NCBI RefSeq assembly: GCF_004010195.1
Contig: NC_057718.1
Location: forward strand, 104,560,828 to 104,583,805
DNA: 22,978 nt
Source of the DNA: Chiloscyllium plagiosum
Taxonomy: Eukaryota
Direction of reading: 5' to 3'
The stretch's first letter is position 1; every line of letters starts with the position of its first letter. Below, one piece after another: positions 9,311 to 20,149 of the stretch. A model generated the notes under the pieces. The model ran no database searches. It had not been told where the DNA came from and saw only the letters and a program-made list of their open reading frames with translations. Position numbers and translations under genes: made by a program.

Positions 9311-10491
9311 AAATTGTTGTTATTTTATGATGGTGCTGCTGTGAAATTGAAGTGAAAGATTATTTTCCTTGTCAAGAAAAGGATTAAAATATGAGGCAAG
9401 ATTATTTTGGAGAAGGATTCCTTTGGATAGGTGGAATGAATTTAACTTGTGAGCGATGTTTTGAGTTTACACTTTTGTTATAGTTGGAAATACTTAATTT
9501 ACCCAAAGTTATTAACTGACTATATATTCATCAGCTTTACTCATCCCAGGGAAGTGAGAGCCATTGATTTGCTGAAGCCCTTTGAGAGTTCAAAAAACAA
9601 GGATTGCTGGGAACATTAAACAGCCAGTGGTCACTTAATAAGATAATCATTTTGTTTGCCTTTTGAAAAGGCTGTAATTATTTCAAGTGTCTTCAAAAAA
9701 AAATCATAAGGCTTTGTGGAGAGTGTGCTGGGAGCAAGCAAAACCTGGTAACAAGCAAAATAAAGATGGGGGTAGGACAAGGAGTCTGTGTAAAATGTGC
9801 GGAGACCTGCAGCATTTGGGTACTCTTGTTGATTGCAGTGCAGAGGTCGTTCTGCCTGTGGAGGTTTCTGAAGAGTGTCCCTGTCCCTATCTCTGAGCTA
9901 TCCTCTCCAGAACGTGGCAAGAGCTTACTCAGAAAAGCATAGTCAATGCTCCAACTCATCAAACAATGCTTCCTGCGCAACAACAACCACTTGAATTTCT
10001 ACAGCATCTTTTTAAGGTGCTGAAAGAAATCTCCCGGCACCTCAGGAGTAATTATCAAGTTTCAAGCCAGGCAAGGATGAATCACAGGACCCATCACCCA
10101 GGAGCTTGGTGTGGTGATTCGTCCAGAAAGGCTGAGCCTCTGACAGTGCAGCACCTCATTGGAGTCATCCCAGATGATGTGCTCAACTCTGCAATTGAGG
10201 TTTGAGTCTGAGATTTTTGATGCTGAGGACAGAATGATTCCACTGAGATCCTGTGAACTGTTTGTTGCTCTGCAGTATGTTGCATTTTACAAACTTTTAT
10301 CTCATCACCAGCAAAATACATGAAATCTTATAATTGATGTACCCACTCCAGGAAGTGCCTTCTTTAGGAACAAACAAACCTGTATTGATGTTGTGCTTTT
10401 CATGGCTTCAGCCAGATGTGTACTGTAGGAGGTGTGGGATTTTCTGAGAAGTGAATGATGCATGTTCTGAAGTTTTTGTTCCCCCACACAG

Positions 10492-10599
10492 GGTGAAGTT
10501 GGAGCTGCTTCAACTGTCCCTTTTCCATATACATTCTGGGCTCATGGGATGGAAACAGTGGAACAGAAACAGAGCTGCCCTTATGTACACTTAGATTAA
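10492..10599 (+). CDS. AGA-like gene terminal coding exon: GEVGAASTVPFPYTFWAHGMETVEQKQSCPYVHLD*
   Basis: tttttgttcccccacacag|GGTGAAGTTGGAGCT...GAT TAA. Continues the family motif (K)GExGAA in phase 0; stop codon at 10597-10599. Confidence 0.88.
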   Translation, partial: GEVGAASTVPFPYTFWAHGMETVEQKQSCPYVHLD

Positions 10600-11004
10600 C
10601 GACCATCAGTGCAGTTGTTAAAAAGCTTTCTTCCAAACGCTTGATAGATTCCAGTGTTTTTTCACATTACTGCTCCGTCCTATCAGGTTAGATGTGGGTT
10701 CAGCAACAAGCTGTTGGAACTCTCTGGTCAAGTTGAAGGTGCAACTGCCGGACTTGGGGACACGCAGAAATCTGCTCATTTTTCACTTCTGGATCTTTTT
10801 AAAAAAAAAATCTGATTGCTGGTGGGCAAAGCCAGATTTATTGCCCATAGCCTCAAGATTCCCAAAGGATATGATAGCAGGCTTTTGTCTTCAACCTGCT
10901 CAGTCCTCTAATTTACTGATGAAATCCAAGACTTTTCCCATTCCTGTTGATCTTTTAACTGTATTAACAACCAGTCTGCCCTGGCTGCTGCAGTGCCTGA
11001 AGTG

Positions 11005-11330
11005 AGAAGAATGTAAGAAGATGAGGTACCTCGTAGACCTTACAATTCCCTGACCTGCTTCGCTATTCCATAAGATTGTGTTTGATCTTCTCCTTCAAAG
11101 TGACTTTCTTGCCCTTAATCATATTTTCCTTGGTTTCCTTTGTGTCCAAACATGTTGATCTCTGGCTTGAATATAGCAATCAACTGAACTTCTACCACTG
11201 TCAATGCTAGAGTATTCCAAAGGTTCTCAATTCTCAGTGAAGAAATTTCTCATCCCTGTCCAAAATGATCATTCTGGTGAGACTTTGTCAGGTTAGAGAT
11301 CTCCAAACCTGGCAAAATACTCTCACCTTC
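11005..11330 (-). mobile_element. Old CR1-like LINE 3' fragment
   Basis: CCTGCT.CGC.ATTC.ATAAGAT..TG...GATCT...TTCCAAAG.TTC.CAA..CTC...GAAGAAATTTCTC resembles an antisense CR1 3' region. Confidence 0.5.
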
Positions 11331-11913
11331 AGCTCTTCACAGCTTTCCACCCTTGCTGCATTGCACTCGCTAACTCCAGCTTTGTTTATGAATGAATCAA
11401 AACAGTGTTATGAGAGATGCTTGGTATATTCAGTTTCAGGTCTCTTCCTGTAGTGTCTTGTGATTGCCTGGTAACCTTGAGGAAAGAGTGGGATGGCCGT
11501 GGTTGAGAATGGAGTCTCACTGACACGGTGATTCACTCATGATTCACTTCATGCACTCAAATGAAGGACTGAGTAAATGAAATTTCGTGTGGTAGGAAAG
11601 CTGTGACAAGGGAATATTAACTCACATTGTCACTAAGATAACGCGCATTACTTCTTTTATAAAGACATGTTATTGAAAGTATTAATTTACAATGTCATGT
11701 CTGGATGAATTGAGATATATATACACACACAATTGGCTGGATATATTGATGTCGTTATGAGCTTCAACAGCATCTTTTTTCAGCAATGTTCAAGTCTGTA
11801 CTACTAAGCAATTACTTGTAATATAGGTTTTCCAAAGAATACTTTTTAACACTACAGCAGCCAAAACGTTACATGGGTGGAGAACACAAGTTGTGTAATG
11901 GAGTTGTTCAGTC

Positions 11914-11919
11914 AATAAA
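11914..11919 (+). promoter_or_regulatory. Candidate polyadenylation signal (AATAAA) for the AGA-like gene
   Basis: AATAAA in non-repeat sequence about 1.3 kb after the stop codon; no transcript evidence. Confidence 0.25.
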
Positions 11920-12017
11920 ACATTCAGAGAGGTGACTGAATCAAAGAAAAATAGCCACAGGGCAATAGCCTTGCCCCCTCTTTTTCTTTATTTTCTGAAA
12001 GACCTTCTATGAAGTCA

Positions 12018-13470
12018 GAGTTACATAGCACAGAAATAGAGAGTTCGACCCAACTCATGTATGTCAACCAGACATCCCAGTCTGACCGAGCCCCATTTGC
12101 TAGGATTTGGTCTGTATCCCTCTAAACCCTTCCTATTCATATACCCATCCAGATGCCTTTTAAATGTTGAAATTGTACCAGCCTCCACCACTTCCTCTGG
12201 CAGCTCATTCCATACACACATCACCCTCTGTGTGAAACTTGTCCTTTAGGTCCCTTTTAAATCTTTTCCCCTCTCACCTTAGACCTATGCCCTCTAGTTC
12301 TGGACTGTCCAAATCTCAGAAAAAGACTTTGTCCCTCGTGATTTTATAATCCTCTATAAGGTCACCCATCAGCCTCTGACTCGCCAGGGAAACAAGTCCC
12401 ACCCTATTTAGCCTCAATGCTGGCAACCACCTTGCAAATCTTCTCTGCATTCTCTCAAATTTAAACATATCTTTCGTATAGAAGGGAGACTAGAATTGTA
12501 CTCACTATTCCAAAAGTGGCCTGGACAGCTGCAACACGCCCTCCCAACTCCTATATGTAGTGCACTGACCAATAAAGGTAAGTGTGCCAAACTTCATCTT
12601 CAACATCCTGTCTACTGCTGACTCCACTTTAAAGGAATTTTGCACCTAACCATTAACTGTAGAAGTCCTATTTGGGTTGCCTTACCAAAATGCAACACCT
12701 TGCCTTTATCTAAAGTAAACACTATCTGCTACTCCTTGGTCCTTTGCCCTATCTGATCAATGTTCTGTTGTACTCTTAGGTGGCACAGTGGTTAGCACTG
12801 CTGCCTCACAGCGCCAGGGACCCAGGTTCAATTCCCACCTCTGGCAACTGTCTGTGTGGAGTTTGCACATTCTCCCCGTGTCTGCGTGGGTTTCCTCCGG
12901 GTGCTCCGGTTTCCTCCCACAGTCCAAAGATGTGTAGGTTAGGTGAATTGGCCATGCTGTAATGTTAGGTGGATATTGGGGGGGGGAATTACTCTTTGGA
13001 GGATCATTGTGGACATGTTGGGACGAAGGGCCTGTTTCCACACTGTAGCTAATCTAATCTAATCTAATCATTTTCACTGTCCACTACACCACCTACTTTG
13101 GTCTCATCTGCAAATTTGCTAACCATGCCTCATATTTTCACATCTAAATCACATATAAATTATGAAAAGCAGTAAAACCAGCATCAATTCTTGTGGCACA
13201 CTGCTGGTTGAAGGTCTCCACCATCACCCTCTGTTCCCTACCTTTAAACTAATTTTGTATCCAATTGGCTCGCTTCCCCCTGCATTCCATCTAATCCAGC
13301 CTTACTGACTGTTAGCAAGTGGTACCTTATTAATTGCTTTGCAGAAGTCCATATAGATGGTGTCTCCTGCTCTGCCTTCATTCATCATCTTTGTCACCTC
13401 TTCAAAAATTTCAGTTGAGTTAGTGAGACTCAATTTTCCGTGTACAAAGCCACGCTGATTGATTGTCCCT
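12018..13470 (-). mobile_element. 5'-truncated CR1 LINE (RT and ORF2 C-terminus), split by an HE1 SINE
   Basis: Minus-strand ORFs VWNELPEEVVEAGTISTFKRHLDGYMNRKGLEGY (CR1 C-terminus) and NQRGFVHGKLSLTN..IFEEVTKMMNEGRAGDTIYMDFCKAINKVP (RT QxGF and YxDFxKAFDxVP motifs). Confidence 0.9.
12779..13068 (+). mobile_element. HE1-type SINE inserted in CR1
   Basis: GGTGGCACAGTGGTTAGCACTGCTGCCTCACAGCGCCAGGGACCC head, V-domain and (AATCT)n tail. Confidence 0.92.
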
Positions 13471-14004
13471 AATTTGGAAGCAGTGAGTTTGTAAAAGAGA
13501 GAACTCTGAATCAACATCATGTCTTCAGAAGGAGAAACAAACATCAACCAACCGTGATGACTGTCACCGTGGAAGGAGCCCCTTTACCTCTCAGCGAGTT
13601 TCAGACAATCTACAAATTATCTTTCCTAGACTCAAATTTTACTTGGCCAAGTTTTAAGATCTGATACTTTGCAAATTTCTGTTGTCATTTTGTTTTTGCA
13701 TACATGGAGACAAGGGAGGGGAATTGTGTTTTGTGTTATTTTGCATTATAGGCTAGAAGGATTTCTTTGTGTCTTTTAAACCTTTAGTTAATTTTTGCTA
13801 CTTGGGCGAATATTGCAAATAAAACTGTCTTGTTAAGAAATCTGACTGGTTTATTCATTACACCAAGTTATACACAGTAAAATATTTATTTATTAAATGG
13901 TCATATCATGCCTTTTTAATTTCAAACTGCTCAAGAATGAAGGGAGGTGTCAGTGTACTCCTTGTGACCTGGTCGTTAATACCTTTAAGACACAGAGTTG
14001 AAAG

Positions 14005-14435
14005 ATTTATAGAATCTCTACACTATGGAATCAGACCATTCGGCCAATCAACCCTCCAAAGAATATCTCAACTCAGACCCAACCCAGTCCTGATGGAGGG
14101 CCTGGCTCAAAACGTCGATTCTCCTGCTCCTCGGATGCTGCCTGACCTGCTGTGCTTTTCCAGCAACACACTCTCTACTCTGATCTCCAGCATCTGCAGA
14201 CCTCACTTTCTCAACCCAGTCACACCCTACTACCCTATTCCTGTCACCTTGCACTTCCCATGGTTAATCTACCTAGCCACTATGGGCAATTTACCATGGC
14301 CAGTCCACATCTTTGGAACTTGAGAGGAAACTCACGCAGACACAAAGAGAACATGCAAACTCTCCACAGACAGAGTAGAATCAAACCTGAGTCCCTGGTG
14401 TTGTGAAGCAGCAGTGCTAACCACTGAGCCACTTG
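14005..14435 (-). mobile_element. Degraded HE1-type SINE, interrupted by a short Penelope-type element
   Basis: CACTATGGGCAATTTA.CATGGCCA...ACATGCAAACTC..CACAGACAG...GCAGCAGTGCTAACCACTGAGCCAC is the antisense HE1 body and head. Confidence 0.75.
14090..14211 (+). mobile_element. Short Penelope-terminus element (about 122 bp) starting at a degenerate hammerhead core
   Basis: CTGATGGAGGGCCTGGCTCAAAACGTCGATTCTCC...CCTCACTTTCT; 10-bp TSD CAACCCAGTC (14080-14089, 14212-14221). Confidence 0.8.
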
Positions 14436-15388
14436 TTGGTGCCTCACAATTCCTCGTCACATGAGTGTTTGAGGGAGGGACCAATATCTTAAGGGGGAGT
14501 GAGGAATATTTGACTTAAGGAAAGATGAGGAACAGGAGAGAAACTGAGCAAGATGAGGGTGCAGGGAGGGAACGCCAATGGCTATGGAGACAGGAGGAGT
14601 GATTGAAGAAATTGTTTCCGTCATTATCATGACATCCTTATTGGGGCTGAGGAGTTTATATACAGATTATTGGTCACTCAGAAAACAGTCTCAAAGTTAT
14701 CTTTGTCCTGCAGGATGATCTGAGAAAAATGGGCAGCTTTACAATGGCGGGGTGCACAGATCACATTGATCAAGCCAGACCTCATCATGCTCCCTGAAGC
14801 AATAATGCATCAAATACGCTCAGAACCTCTTGAATGTGGGAGACATGGATTGGAAAATTAAAAAGACAATTATTTGCCAAGCACCTTGGAAGATTCTGAG
14901 GTTATGGAAAATGCCACTGAAATGCAAACTTTTCTTTCATCCCAGTGTGATACCTGAACCTGATCTTTAGCCGTTCCTGTCTCCTAGTTCAAATATTATT
15001 GCTATGGATTTTGGACATGTTAAGAAACTTGCAGGTGTGAGATTACCTATGCAGTTTTGTGTCCAAGTACTATTTATTTCTGTTTAATCCATCAGTTATG
15101 TCTTTATTTCTGTGACTGACCTGGTCTGTGTACATGCCATTTTGCTTTTCGGAAGCCCGGTAAGGAAGAGCTTCTTCATGAATGGGGACAGAAATCATGC
15201 ACTGGAAATGTGTTGCTGGAAAAGCGCAGCAGGTCAGGCAGCATCCAGGGAACAGGAGAATCGACGTTTCGGGCATAAGCCCTTCTTCAGGAAGGGCTGA
15301 AGACCTGAAGAAGGGCTTATGCCCGAAACGTCGATTCTCCTGTTCCCTGGATGCTGCCTGACCTGCTGCGCTTTTCCAGCAACACATT

Positions 15389-15661
15389 NNNNNNNNNNNN
15401 NNNNNNNNNNNNNNNNNNNNNNNNNNNNNNNNNNNNNNNNNNNNNNNNNNNNNNNNNNNNNNNNNNNNNNNNNNNNNNNNNNNNNNNNNNNNNNNNNNNN
15501 NNNNNNNNNNNNNNNNNNNNNNNNNNNNNNNNNNNNNNNNNNNNNNNNNNNNNNNNNNNNNNNNNNNNNNNNNNNNNNNNNNNNNNNNNNNNNNNNNNNN
15601 NNNNNNNNNNNNNNNNNNNNNNNNNNNNNNNNNNNNNNNNNNNNNNNNNNNNNNNNNNNNN
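15389..15661. other. Assembly gap (273 N)
   Basis: Run of N flanked by near-identical repeat copies. Confidence 1.
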
Positions 15662-15730
15662 CCCGCTGCAATACCTGCCGCCGCCGCCGACGATGACGTC
15701 ACCTCCGCCCCCACCGACCTCGCAGCATTC

Positions 15731-15758
15731 CTGAAGAAGGGCTTATGCCCGAAACGTC
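15731..15758 (+). ncRNA. Minimal type-I hammerhead ribozyme-like motif (identical copies at 15305-15332 + and 15263-15290 -)
   Basis: CUGAAGA-A-GGGC(UUAU)GCCC-GAA-ACGU-C: conserved CUGANGA and GAAA boxes, a 4-bp stem II, palindromic ACGU in place of stem III, and a GUC cleavage triplet. Stem I is short and weak (AUUC/GAUU). Confidence 0.65.
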
Positions 15759-16066
15759 GATTCTCCTGTTCCCTGGATGCTGCCTGACCTGCTGCGCTGT
15801 TCCAGCAACACATTTCCATCTCTGATCTCCAGCATCTGCAGACCTCACTTTCTCTCCACAGAAATCATGCAGCACGCCGGTTATGAACACCTCCAACACT
15901 AGTAAGCCAAGTGTGGCACAGAACCAATTGTACATTTCACTATGGTTTTGCAAGAGGCATAGAGTCATAGAGTTGGACCGTTCGGTCCAACTCGTCCGTG
16001 CCCACCATAATCTAGTCCCACTTGCCAGCACCTGGCCCATATCCCTCCAAACCCTTCCTATTCATA

Positions 16067-17448
16067 GCAAGTTTTGAGAAGATTTGTAGCTCAGGTTGAG
16101 GTTCTGGATGTAGGTTTGCTCACTGAGCTGGAAGGTCTGTTTTCAGACGTTTCATCACCATACTAGGTAACATCTTCATTGAGCCTCTGAATGAAGGACT
16201 GGTGGTGTATCCTACTTTCTATTTATATGTTTGAGTTTCCTAGAGTTGGTGATGTCATTTCTTATGGTGATGTAATTTCCTGTTATTTTTATCGGGGGTG
16301 GTAAATGGGATCCGAGTCGATGTGTTTGTTGATAGAGTTCCGGTTAGAATGCCATGCTTCTAGGAATTCTTGTGCATGTCTCTGTTTGGCTTGTCCTAGG
16401 ATGGATGTGTTGTCCCAGTCAAAGTGGTGTCCTTCCTTATCCGTATGTATGGATACTAGTGAGAGTGGATCATGTCATTTTGTGGCTAATTGATGTTCAT
16501 GTATCCTGGTGGCTAGTTTTCTGCCTGTTTGTCTAATGCAGTGTTTGTTACAGTCCTTGCAAGTTCAGCGTTCTTCTACAGTTCAGAGCAGAGGAAAATC
16601 ACCTGTACAGTGTATTCAAAAAGAACGGGTACCCAGTCCATCGATTTCTCAGCAATAAACCCAAACAAGCAGACAAAACACGTCCAGAAACCCGAGCCAC
16701 TCTCCCCTACAGCAAAGACATCTCGGAAATGACTGCCAGACTACTCAGACCCCTTGGCATCATGATAGCCCACAACCCCACCAACACACTAAAATAGCAG
16801 CTAATGAACTTCAAAGACCCTATACAGACAACAAGCAAAACTAATACCATTTACAAAATACCGTGCAAGGACTATCATAAACATTACATTGGACAAACAA
16901 GCAGAAAACTAGCCATCAGGATACATGAACATCAAATAGCCACAAAACGACATGACCCACTCTCACTAGTATCCTTATGTACAGAACACCAACTGGGGGT
17001 GTTCAAAGTTTGGGAGAAGATTTGTAGCTCGGGTGCTCGTTGTTGTGGTTCTGTTTGCCGAGCTGGGAATTTGTCTTGCTCACCTAGACAGGGGACGAAA
17101 CGTTTGCAAGACAAATTCCCAGCTCGGGGAACAGAACCACAACAACCAACTGGGACAACATATCCATCCTAGAACAAGCCAAACAGAGACACGCAGAAGA
17201 ATTCCTAGAAGCATGGCATTCCAACCAGAAGTCTATCAACAAACACATCGATTTGGAACCCATTTACCACTCCCTGAGAAAAAGAACAGGAAATGAAAAA
17301 AGAACAGGAAATGACATCACCATAGGAAATGATGTCACCAACCGTAGGAAACTCAAACATATAAATAGAAAGCGGGCAACACCACTAGTGCTTTATTTGG
17401 CTCGCTGATGACTAGTATGGTGATGAAACGTCCAAAAATGAACCTGAC
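16067..17448 (+). mobile_element. Penelope-like element fragment with GIY-YIG endonuclease; inverted 3' copy (16067-16560, -) head-to-head with a + copy (about 16565-17448)
   Basis: ORF 16804..: KTNTIYKIPCKDYHKHYIGQTSRKLAIRIHEH (IY-YIG..R..EH motif). 16150-16560 is the reverse complement of the 16860-17430 region. Degenerate hammerhead-like cores in both 3' UTRs (CTGATGA..GGTGATGAAACGTC at 17405-17432; minus copy at about 16146-16182). Confidence 0.9.
16998..17145. mobile_element. Palindromic terminus of a second Penelope subfamily nested in the GIY-YIG region
   Basis: Arms GTTGTGGTTCTGTT..CCGAGCTGGGAATTTGTCTTGC and GCAAGACAAATTCCCAGCTCGG..AACAGAACCACAAC; 9-bp duplication CCAACTGGG (16989-16997, 17146-17154). 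Confidence 0.8.
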
Positions 17449-17671
17449 AGATGTCAAAGGTAGTTTCTTTACTCAGAGAGGAGTAAGGGTATGGAATGCT
17501 TTGTCTGCATCGGTAGTAGATTCGCCAAGTTTAAATGCATTTAAGTCGTCATTGGACAGGCAAATGGATATACATGGAATAGTGTAGGTGGGATGGGCTT
17601 CAGATTAGTATGACAGGGCGGCGCAACATGGAGGGCGGAAGGGCCTGTATTGCGCTGTAATGTTCTATGTT
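17449..17671 (+). mobile_element. CR1 LINE 3' end (different subfamily)
   Basis: Translates as DVKGSFFTQRGVRVWNALSASVVDSPSLNAFKSSLDRQMD and ends GAAGGGCCTGTATTGCGCTGTAATGTTCTATGTT. Confidence 0.85.
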
Positions 17672-18244
17672 TTATTCAAATACCCATCCAGATGCCTTTT
17701 AAGTATTGCAATTGTAGTAGCCTCCACCACTTCCTCTGGCAGCACATTCCACACACGTACTACCCTCTGCATGAAAAATTTGCCCTTTAGGTCTCTTTTA
17801 TATCTTTCCCCTTTCACCCTAAATCTATGCCCTCTAGTTCTAGACTTCGTCCATCCCAGGGAAAAGACTTTGCCTATTTACCCTATCCATGCCCTTCATG
17901 ATTTTGTCAACCTCTTTAAGGTCACCCCCCTCAGCCTCTGACACTCCAGGGAAAATAGCCCTAGCCTATTCAACCTCTCCCTATACCACAAATCCTCCTA
18001 CCCTGGCAACATCCTTGTAAATTGGCTTTAAATCTCTGACATATAGAAGATAACTTAAAATGTAGGTGATCTGTTCCAATTATTTGCAACAATAACACTG
18101 GAGATGAAGAGGGTCCTGGGATGATGATCTAATGTGGTCATTATTTGGTGCCATTGGGCATTGCATTGAGATAACTTTGACCCAAACGACTGATCCTAAC
18201 AGTTGTATCTAATGAATGTCATCAATATGTGGGAAGGCAAATTT

Positions 18245-18450
18245 CTTTCAATTCATTCACAGGATGTGGGTGTTATGGCCAGGCCGGCATTTATTACCCA
18301 ATCCTAATTGAGAAGGTGGTGGTGGTGAGCCAACTTCTTGAATTGCTTCAGGCTGTGTTTTACAGGAGGATATTACAGCATTTTGATCCAGTGATGCTGA
18401 AGGAACTGCAAATATACTTCCAAGTGAGGCTAATATGCGACAGAGAGAGG
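18245..18450 (-). mobile_element. Degraded CR1/L2-type LINE 3' end
   Basis: TTCATTCACAGGATGTGGG...GCATTTATT.CCCA.TCCTAATTG.GAAGGTGGTGGTG; same family as 20150-21390. Confidence 0.65.
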
Positions 18451-18854
18451 AGCTTACAGCCAATACTCTCAACATTTTCAGGCACTCAGACCTGCAAGGT
18501 CCATACATTGCAGCAGCTTCTGAAACTGGAGGTTGATGTGTAAGCACAGAACCCGAGAGCAGTTTGCATACATTTCTTGCAGCTGTTGGTGTTCACATGC
18601 GCTTAGTATATCGATTATCCAAACAGTCATAATAATATTGCAATCACAGAAACCGAGAGCTTCAGAAAGTGGGAAAACACATTGTCATCTGATACGTGTT
18701 GCAAGACATATAATTTTGAAATATTCAAGACTTGATCTTGCTAGCAGAATGACACAACATAGGTGGTCATTCAGTGTATTGCATTGGGCTCTGAAATAAT
18801 CATCCAAGCAGCTTTACTCCCTACACACTCTTCACATATAACTTTGTCTTTCTT

Positions 18855-19115
18855 TAATTATGCTTTTCTGGAATGTGAGCATCAGGACTGAGGCAAGCTT
18901 TTGTTGCCCTTGACCTGAGTGTCTCATGAGAGCCATTCCAGAAGGCAATTAAGAATCAACCACTTTGCTGTGGGTCCAGAATCACATGTGGGCTAGATGA
19001 GGTAAAGACAGCAGATTTCCTTCCCTAAAGGACATGAGTGAAATAGGTGGGCTTTTACAACAATCAATGATAGTTTCATGGTCACTATTACTGAGACTTG
19101 ATTATTGATTCCAGA
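18855..19115 (-). mobile_element. Tail-sharing SINE/LINE 3' repeat
   Basis: GCAATTAAGAATCAACCAC.TTGCTGTGGGTC.AGA.TCACATGT.GGC.AGA...GCAGATTTCCTTCCCTAAAGGACAT.AGTGAA. Confidence 0.7.
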
Positions 19116-19119
19116 TTTC

Positions 19120-19470
19120 AGGAAAGATCTGAATGGATTGAAGTGTATGCAGAAGTTGTTTTCGGGGAGGGTTCCAGGAATAAGAAACTTCAGTGATCAA
19201 AACAGAGTGGAGAAGTTGGAAGGCTTCAGTTACAAAGAAGAAAGCTCAGAGGAGTTTTCAAAATTATGAGAAATCTGGACAAAGTGGATAGAAACTGCCC
19301 AACTCTTAAAATAGTTGTGCGTTTAGTTAATGACAGTAATGTGTAAAAGAAACAAAGCCTGTGTTAGGGTTTGGAATGCACTTGCAATAGATTGGAAGCA
19401 GCTTTAGTGAAGGCCTGCTCAAGAAGATATTAGATGATTGTCTCTGGTGAAATAATGGGCAGGGTTTCCA
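19120..19470 (+). mobile_element. Highly degraded CR1 3' fragment
   Basis: GTTTTCAAAATTATGAGA..TCTGGACAAAGTGGA and GTTAGGGTTTGGAATGCACT resemble CR1 ORF2 C-terminal codons (VFKIM..LD.V; VRVWNAL). Confidence 0.5.
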
Positions 19471-20149
19471 ATGATGAGTAAGGGCTTTAGGACCCTAGAA
19501 CAACCTTACAATGATGTTATGGAAAAAGTCCCCACTGAGCATAAACAGCATGTTGTGAGAAGAGTGAGTTAGATGTATGAGAGAAACAAAAACAGAAATA
19601 GCTGGAAAAATTCAGCAGGTCTGGCAGCATCTGTGGAGAGAAGTCAGAGTTAACATTTTGAGTCCAGTGACCCTTCTACGGAATAAGTATGTGAAAGAAG
19701 CACCATCGAAGCATCTCTTTCTGTCTTAGTGATTAGTGCCTGACATGTCTTATTATTGTGCATAATAACATTTAGTATTAATGTGCAAATAAACAGAACT
19801 CTAAAGAAACCTAAGCATTAAGGCAGTTTTTGACCTTGCCTTCTCCTCAAACATTCTGCTTTTGAACCTAAACTCTTGATGGGAGTTTGAAATCATGCAA
19901 TAAAGGAGCAGGGAAAAAGCATAATAACAAAAAGTCCTAATGCTGATTTGGCGAGCTAGTGCAGAGCAGTTATGCAGAATAGCTTTTTATCCTTCACTGT
20001 AATCGTTCTGTGATATTAATTGATTTCCTTCTTCCCCAGCTGCCATTGTTGAGTTTAGTACCACATCCTGAGGCCATGAGTCCAGATTACCAATCCAGGG
20101 ACAATACCACCAATCCATCACATTCCCCTTGCCAAAATCCACTTTTTAA

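Larger units (their letters stand above)
15202..15857 (+). mobile_element. Young Penelope-like insertion with inverted plus tandem pseudo-LTR copies (spans the assembly gap)
   Basis: Perfect 85-bp inverted arms at 15207-15291 and 15304-15388, and a third direct copy at 15730-15855. Perfect 14-bp TSD ACAGAAATCATGCA (15188-15201, 15858-15871). Confidence 0.85.
15958..18021 (-). mobile_element. CR1 LINE 3' fragment in two parts (15958-16065 and 17672-18021), split by nested insertions
   Basis: CATAGAGTCATAGAG tail. ...AAACCCTTCCTATTCA(T) resumes as TATTCAAATACCCATCCAGATGCC, collinear with the uninterrupted CR1 at 12120-12440. Confidence 0.85.

Noticed and set aside
14700..14800. Good acceptor (ctttgtcctgcag) followed by a short open frame, as an alternative last exon
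   Set aside because: The peptide DDLRKMGSFTMAG... has no family resemblance, and the AGA-like CDS already ends properly at 10599.
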